This document shows positions 8,191-11,899 of a stretch of DNA of 11,899 nt, one piece after another. Position numbers and translations under genes: made by a program. The notes beneath the pieces were generated by a model. The model saw nothing but the letters and a program-made list of their open reading frames with translations. It did no database searches and had not been told where the DNA came from. This stretch comes from an uncultured bacterium (GTDB lineage Bacteria > CAIJMQ01): positions 1 to 11,899 of the forward strand of contig CAZNJA010000041.1 of NCBI GenBank assembly GCA_964573245.1, written 5' to 3'. Every line of letters begins with the position of its first letter. Positions within the stretch are counted from its first letter, which is position 1.

Positions 8191-8195
8191 AGGAG
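8191..8195 (+). promoter_or_regulatory. Shine-Dalgarno site of the GTPase gene
   Basis: AGGAG 5 nt upstream of ATG 8201. Confidence 0.7.
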
Positions 8196-8200
8196 TAAAT

Positions 8201-9172
8201 ATGCCAGCCAATCTAAATCCTCAATATCACGAGGCAGAAAAAGAATACAGACAAGCCAAAACATACTTGGAAAAAGTAGCAGCATTAAGAAAGATGTTGG
8301 CTGTTATGCCGAAACACAAGGGAACCGAAAAACTCCAAGCAGACTTAAAAACAAAAATTTCCAAGTTGAACAAAATTAGTCAGAAAAAATCTGCCAAGAA
8401 AGAAACGGATTCCTTATCTCACATAGACAAAGAAGGAGCAGGACAAGTAATCTTGATGGGCAAACCAAATGTTGGGAAATCGCAGATTATATCAGGCCTA
8501 ACAAATGCTAATTCTCCCGTAACTTCTTACCACTTTGCCACAAGGAGACCAATTGTGGGCATGATGGAGTTTGAAGATATTAAAATCCAACTTATTGATA
8601 CGCCCTCAATAACAAAGACTTTCACGGAAAAGTACTTATTTCCCCTGATTAGAGAAGCAGATATGGTGTTATTGGTAACTGATTTGTCTCAAGAGGATGT
8701 TTTAGAACAGGTGGAAGAGATCAAAGAAATACTTAAGTCTGAATCGATATCACTTAAAAATGATGAAACTGAAGGGTTTCTTTCTAAAAAGTGTATGCTT
8801 ATAGGGAATAAAAGCGATTTGCCCGAAACCTCAACGCGGCTTAACGTGTTGAATGAATTATATAGGATTGATTTTATTTCCATTTTGAGTATTTCTGCAT
8901 TAAAAGCAAATTGGGCGGGCTTACAGCAGAGAATTTTTGATGCATTAGAAGTCATAAGAGTATATACCAAACAACCTGGCGAGCCCTTTGAAAAAGGCGA
9001 GCCCTTTATCATGAGAAGGGGTGCGAGTGTATATGAAGTCGCAACTGCCGTGCATAAGGATTTTGCAAATTTGAAATTTGCGCGTCTTTGGGACAAAGGA
9101 AACTATTCAGGACAAAGGGTCGAGAGAAGTTATATCTTGAAAGATAAAGATATTTTAGAATTACATATGTAA
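8201..9172 (+). CDS. OBG-family, DRG/Rbg1-like GTPase with C-terminal TGS domain
   Basis: N-terminal helical region with PKHKGTEKL; G1 GKPNVGKS, G2 YHFAT, G3 variant DTPS, G4 NKSD, G5 ISA; TGS motifs IRVYTK, VHKDF, GQRV and LKDKDILELH. Confidence 0.9.
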   Translation: MPANLNPQYHEAEKEYRQAKTYLEKVAALRKMLAVMPKHKGTEKLQADLKTKISKLNKISQKKSAKKETDSLSHIDKEGAGQVILMGKPNVGKSQIISGLTNANSPVTSYHFATRRPIVGMMEFEDIKIQLIDTPSITKTFTEKYLFPLIREADMVLLVTDLSQEDVLEQVEEIKEILKSESISLKNDETEGFLSKKCMLIGNKSDLPETSTRLNVLNELYRIDFISILSISALKANWAGLQQRIFDALEVIRVYTKQPGEPFEKGEPFIMRRGASVYEVATAVHKDFANLKFARLWDKGNYSGQRVERSYILKDKDILELHM

Positions 9173-9256
9173 TTTGGTGAAGGAAGGATATTAGTTTATC
9201 GAAAAATTGCGGGAAGTGTCAGACTATCAAATGGTTTAGAAGGGAAAAACAAAAAA

Positions 9257-9290
9257 AGAAGCAATCTGGTATTCTGCTACCTGCTTTTCT
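9257..9290 (+). terminator. Possible weak intrinsic terminator after the GTPase gene
   Basis: AGAAGCA...TGCTTTT outer arms with an inner GGTA/TACC stem. The stem is bulged and the U-tract is short. Confidence 0.25.
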
Positions 9291-9394
9291 GTAATACTCA
9301 AAAACTTCATTGCCCTTTGAAATTAAGGGGCTGCTTGGCGATATCTCATCGCCAATCATACAGTATCACAAATATATTTGATTTGCGTGATTTC

Positions 9395-9422
9395 TTGAAA
9401 TCAAGGAATTGAATGATATAAT
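9395..9422 (+). promoter_or_regulatory. Putative sigma70 promoter of pilB-pilC
   Basis: TTGAAA (9395-9400), 16-nt spacer, TATAAT (9417-9422) with an extended -10 TG at 9414-9415; lies 23 nt upstream of ATG 9446. Confidence 0.72.
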
Positions 9423-9445
9423 GAAAATCAAAAACAGTTACTAAT

Positions 9446-11257
9446 ATGAAAGAAAAGCAGAAGTTAGGCGAAATTCTTGTAAACCGCAGGCTTATAACTT
9501 CCGACCAACTCAAAGAAGCGCTTGAAATTCAGTCGGAGATAGAAGACAGTTACGTTCAGGCGCTTTTTATAGACCGCGACATTATCAATGCAAAGAATAT
9601 AAAAAAAGCCCAGGAAGAAGCCAAGAAGCAAAACAAAAAATTGAAAGATGTGATATTGGAGATGAAGTTGGCTTCTCCCCGCGACGTGGAAGAAATTTTT
9701 TATCTGATAAGAAGATTTCCTTTTATATTCTTGTCTGAGCACAGCAAAGAGATAGAAAAAGAAATAGTTCGACTTGTGCCCGAAAAACTGGCTCGGCATT
9801 TCGGCGTTATTGCCATATCGCACGAAGGTTCTTATATCAATATTGTGATGGCGGAACCGGCGAATATAGTTGCAATAGATAATATAAGGAGTAACACGGG
9901 ATATGAGATAATTCCGCTTTTGTCTACCAGGAAGGAAATAAACGAAGCCATCGAAAAATATTACGGGGAAAGCGATATGGTAGCCGATATTCCCGATTTG
10001 AAAGATATAAGTTTTTCCGCCGAAGCCGAAGAAGCCAAAGAACGGGAAAACGTGGATTTGGCTCAATTAAAAGTTCAGGTTAAAGACCCTCCCGTTGTTA
10101 GATATGTTAATTCTATTCTTTTTAGAGCAATTGAGGAAAGAGCCAGCGATATACATTTGGAAGCTGCGGAAACAGAAATCTTTGTCCGTAACCGTGTGGA
10201 CGGTGTTTTGAGACAACTGCCTCCTCCTCCAAAGAAAACATATCCTGCAATTGTTTCTCGTATAAAAATTATTTCCAATCTGGATATTGCCGAAAGAAGA
10301 CTTCCTCAAGACGGCAGGACTAAGGCAAAAATAGGCGCGAAAGAAGTCGATATACGTGTTTCAATTATTCCTACTATTTATGGCGAAAAAGTAGTAATGC
10401 GGTTATTGGATAAATCGACGATGCTTATGGGTCTTGAAGAGTTGGGTTTTGATAAGAATGAATTGGGAAAATTCAAAGAGGCGGTATCTTCTCCATATGG
10501 AATGATTCTTCTTACCGGTCCTACGGGAAGCGGAAAATCAACTACTCTTTACGGGGCTTTGAACTATATAAATTCTCCCGAGAAAAATATTATTACGGTA
10601 GAAGACCCGGTGGAATATGAACTGCGAGGTATAAATCAGATTCAAGTAAGGGCGAATATTGGACTTACTTTTGCCAGTTGTTTAAGGACTATTTTAAGGC
10701 AGGACCCTGATGTTATCATGGTGGGAGAAATCAGGGACAAGGAAACCGCAGAGATTTCAATACAGTCAGCTCTTACAGGACACATGGTTTTTTCCACTCT
10801 TCATACAAACGATGCGGTTTCTGTAATTACGAGATTAGCATATATGGGCATAGAGCCTTTCTTGATTTCATCGGCTTTAAGATTGAGTATTGCACAGAGG
10901 TTAGTCAGGAGAATCTGCCCAAAATGTAAAGTACCCGAGAAAGTTTCGGAAGAAGTTCTAAGGAGAATAGCCGAAGATGTTAATGTAAAAGGAAAAGAGG
11001 TGACGTTTTATAAAGGAGAAGGGTGTCCGGATTGTAACAACAAGGGTTATCGAGGTAGAGTAGGGTTATATGAATTATTCCAAATTACTCCCGAAGTGAG
11101 AAAAGCCATTAATGCCAGTAAATCCGAGGAAGAAATAAAAAACATAGCAAAAGAACAGCAGAAAATGGTTACATTAAGAGAAGCTGGCATTAAAAAAGCT
11201 CTTGCAGGTATAACTTCATTGGAAGACGTGTTGACTTCTACGCTGACCTATGAATAA
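9446..11257 (+). CDS. pilB: Type IV pilus assembly ATPase PilB (GspE/PulE family)
   Basis: MshEN-like N-terminus, ASDIH, LDIAERRLPQDG, Walker A GPTGSGKST, Asp box TVEDPVE, LRQDPDVIMVGEIRD, His box HMVFSTLH and a CPKC/CPDC zinc site. Confidence 0.95.
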   Translation: MKEKQKLGEILVNRRLITSDQLKEALEIQSEIEDSYVQALFIDRDIINAKNIKKAQEEAKKQNKKLKDVILEMKLASPRDVEEIFYLIRRFPFIFLSEHSKEIEKEIVRLVPEKLARHFGVIAISHEGSYINIVMAEPANIVAIDNIRSNTGYEIIPLLSTRKEINEAIEKYYGESDMVADIPDLKDISFSAEAEEAKERENVDLAQLKVQVKDPPVVRYVNSILFRAIEERASDIHLEAAETEIFVRNRVDGVLRQLPPPPKKTYPAIVSRIKIISNLDIAERRLPQDGRTKAKIGAKEVDIRVSIIPTIYGEKVVMRLLDKSTMLMGLEELGFDKNELGKFKEAVSSPYGMILLTGPTGSGKSTTLYGALNYINSPEKNIITVEDPVEYELRGINQIQVRANIGLTFASCLRTILRQDPDVIMVGEIRDKETAEISIQSALTGHMVFSTLHTNDAVSVITRLAYMGIEPFLISSALRLSIAQRLVRRICPKCKVPEKVSEEVLRRIAEDVNVKGKEVTFYKGEGCPDCNNKGYRGRVGLYELFQITPEVRKAINASKSEEEIKNIAKEQQKMVTLREAGIKKALAGITSLEDVLTSTLTYE

Positions 11258-11266
11258 TATAATAAT

Positions 11267-11298
11267 ATTTAGAATATGATTAATTTAGAATATGATTA
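11267..11298. repeat. Perfect 16-bp tandem duplication between pilB and pilC
   Basis: ATTTAGAATATGATTA at 11267-11282 and again at 11283-11298. Confidence 0.9.
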
Positions 11299-11356
11299 AT
11301 GTTGAAAGTTCTGTAATCTTTTTTCTTAATAATCTGCGTAATCTATAATTTTTAAA

Positions 11357-11899
11357 ATGCCAATATTTAATTATTCCGCAAAAGGCGAATCAGGTAAAAA
11401 AGCAGATGGAACAGTTGAGGCGGCGTCTTCCTATGAAGTAGTGCGTTTGTTAAAAGGAAAAGGACTTACCGTAGTATCTGTCACGGCAAAAGGAAAAGAA
11501 CAAGTAAAAGCCAAACAACAAAAGACTAAATATGGGAATGTTAAATTAGGCCAATTGTCGGTTTTTTATAGACAGCTTGCCACGATGCTGGAAGCCGGTG
11601 TTCCGATAGTAAATGCTATAAAAGACCTTGCCGATCAATCCGAAAGTGTAAATTTAAGTGCAATCGTAGCGGATCTTGCAAATCAGATAGAGGGTGGACA
11701 CAGCTTTTCCGAAGCTTTGAAAAAATATTCCAACGTTTTCTCGTCTTTAGTTATAAATATGGCAGCTACAGGAGAAGAATCCGGAAATTTGCCGAAAGTT
11801 ATGGCTGAACTCGCTTCTTATACGGAAGATCAAGTTGCTTTAATCAGACAGGTGCGGGGAGCCATTGCTTATCCTGCGTTTATTGCTGCTTTTTTTGTC
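11357..11899 (+). CDS. pilC: Type IV pilus platform protein PilC (GspF family), truncated by the window end
   Basis: Manual translation from ATG 11357: MPIFNYSAKGESGKKADGTVEA...FYRQLATMLEAGVPI...IEGGHSFSEALKKYSNVF...GEESGNL...AIAYPAF. The frame is open to the end of the window (181 codons) and lies directly after pilB. Confidence 0.95.
   Translation, partial: MPIFNYSAKGESGKKADGTVEAASSYEVVRLLKGKGLTVVSVTAKGKEQVKAKQQKTKYGNVKLGQLSVFYRQLATMLEAGVPIVNAIKDLADQSESVNLSAIVADLANQIEGGHSFSEALKKYSNVFSSLVINMAATGEESGNLPKVMAELASYTEDQVALIRQVRGAIAYPAFIAAFFV

Noticed and set aside
2963..10309. Remaining short antisense or alternative-frame ORFs within uvrA, TPR, GTPase and pilB
   Set aside because: All lie within or largely overlap strongly supported genes and show no family motifs.
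11267..11298. CRISPR array or iterons
   Set aside because: Only two adjacent copies with no spacer, and no cas or rep genes.

Overview
AT-rich bacterial chromosomal window of mostly recognisable genes: a Gfo/Idh/MocA oxidoreductase, a stand-alone PilZ protein, a type IV pilin (minus strand) divergent from uvrA, a secreted 884-aa TPR solenoid, a DRG/OBG-type GTPase with a TGS domain, pilB and the 5' part of pilC (the last is absent from the supplied ORF track because it runs off the window). I see no transposase, integrase, reverse transcriptase, CRISPR array, tRNA or rRNA. The most unusual signals are non-coding or sub-genic. (1) A ~131-nt, five-helix imperfect inverted repeat sits between a putative promoter and the uvrA start codon (candidate structured leader RNA, sRNA or MITE relic). 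(2) An in-frame 33-nt palindromic segment appears to have been inserted into the prepilin leader and supplies the peptidase cleavage glycine. (3) Near-consensus sigma70 promoters imply an almost leaderless pilin mRNA. (4) Type IV pilus genes flank uvrA, the TPR gene and the GTPase on both sides. Whether these form one system cannot be decided from this window alone.
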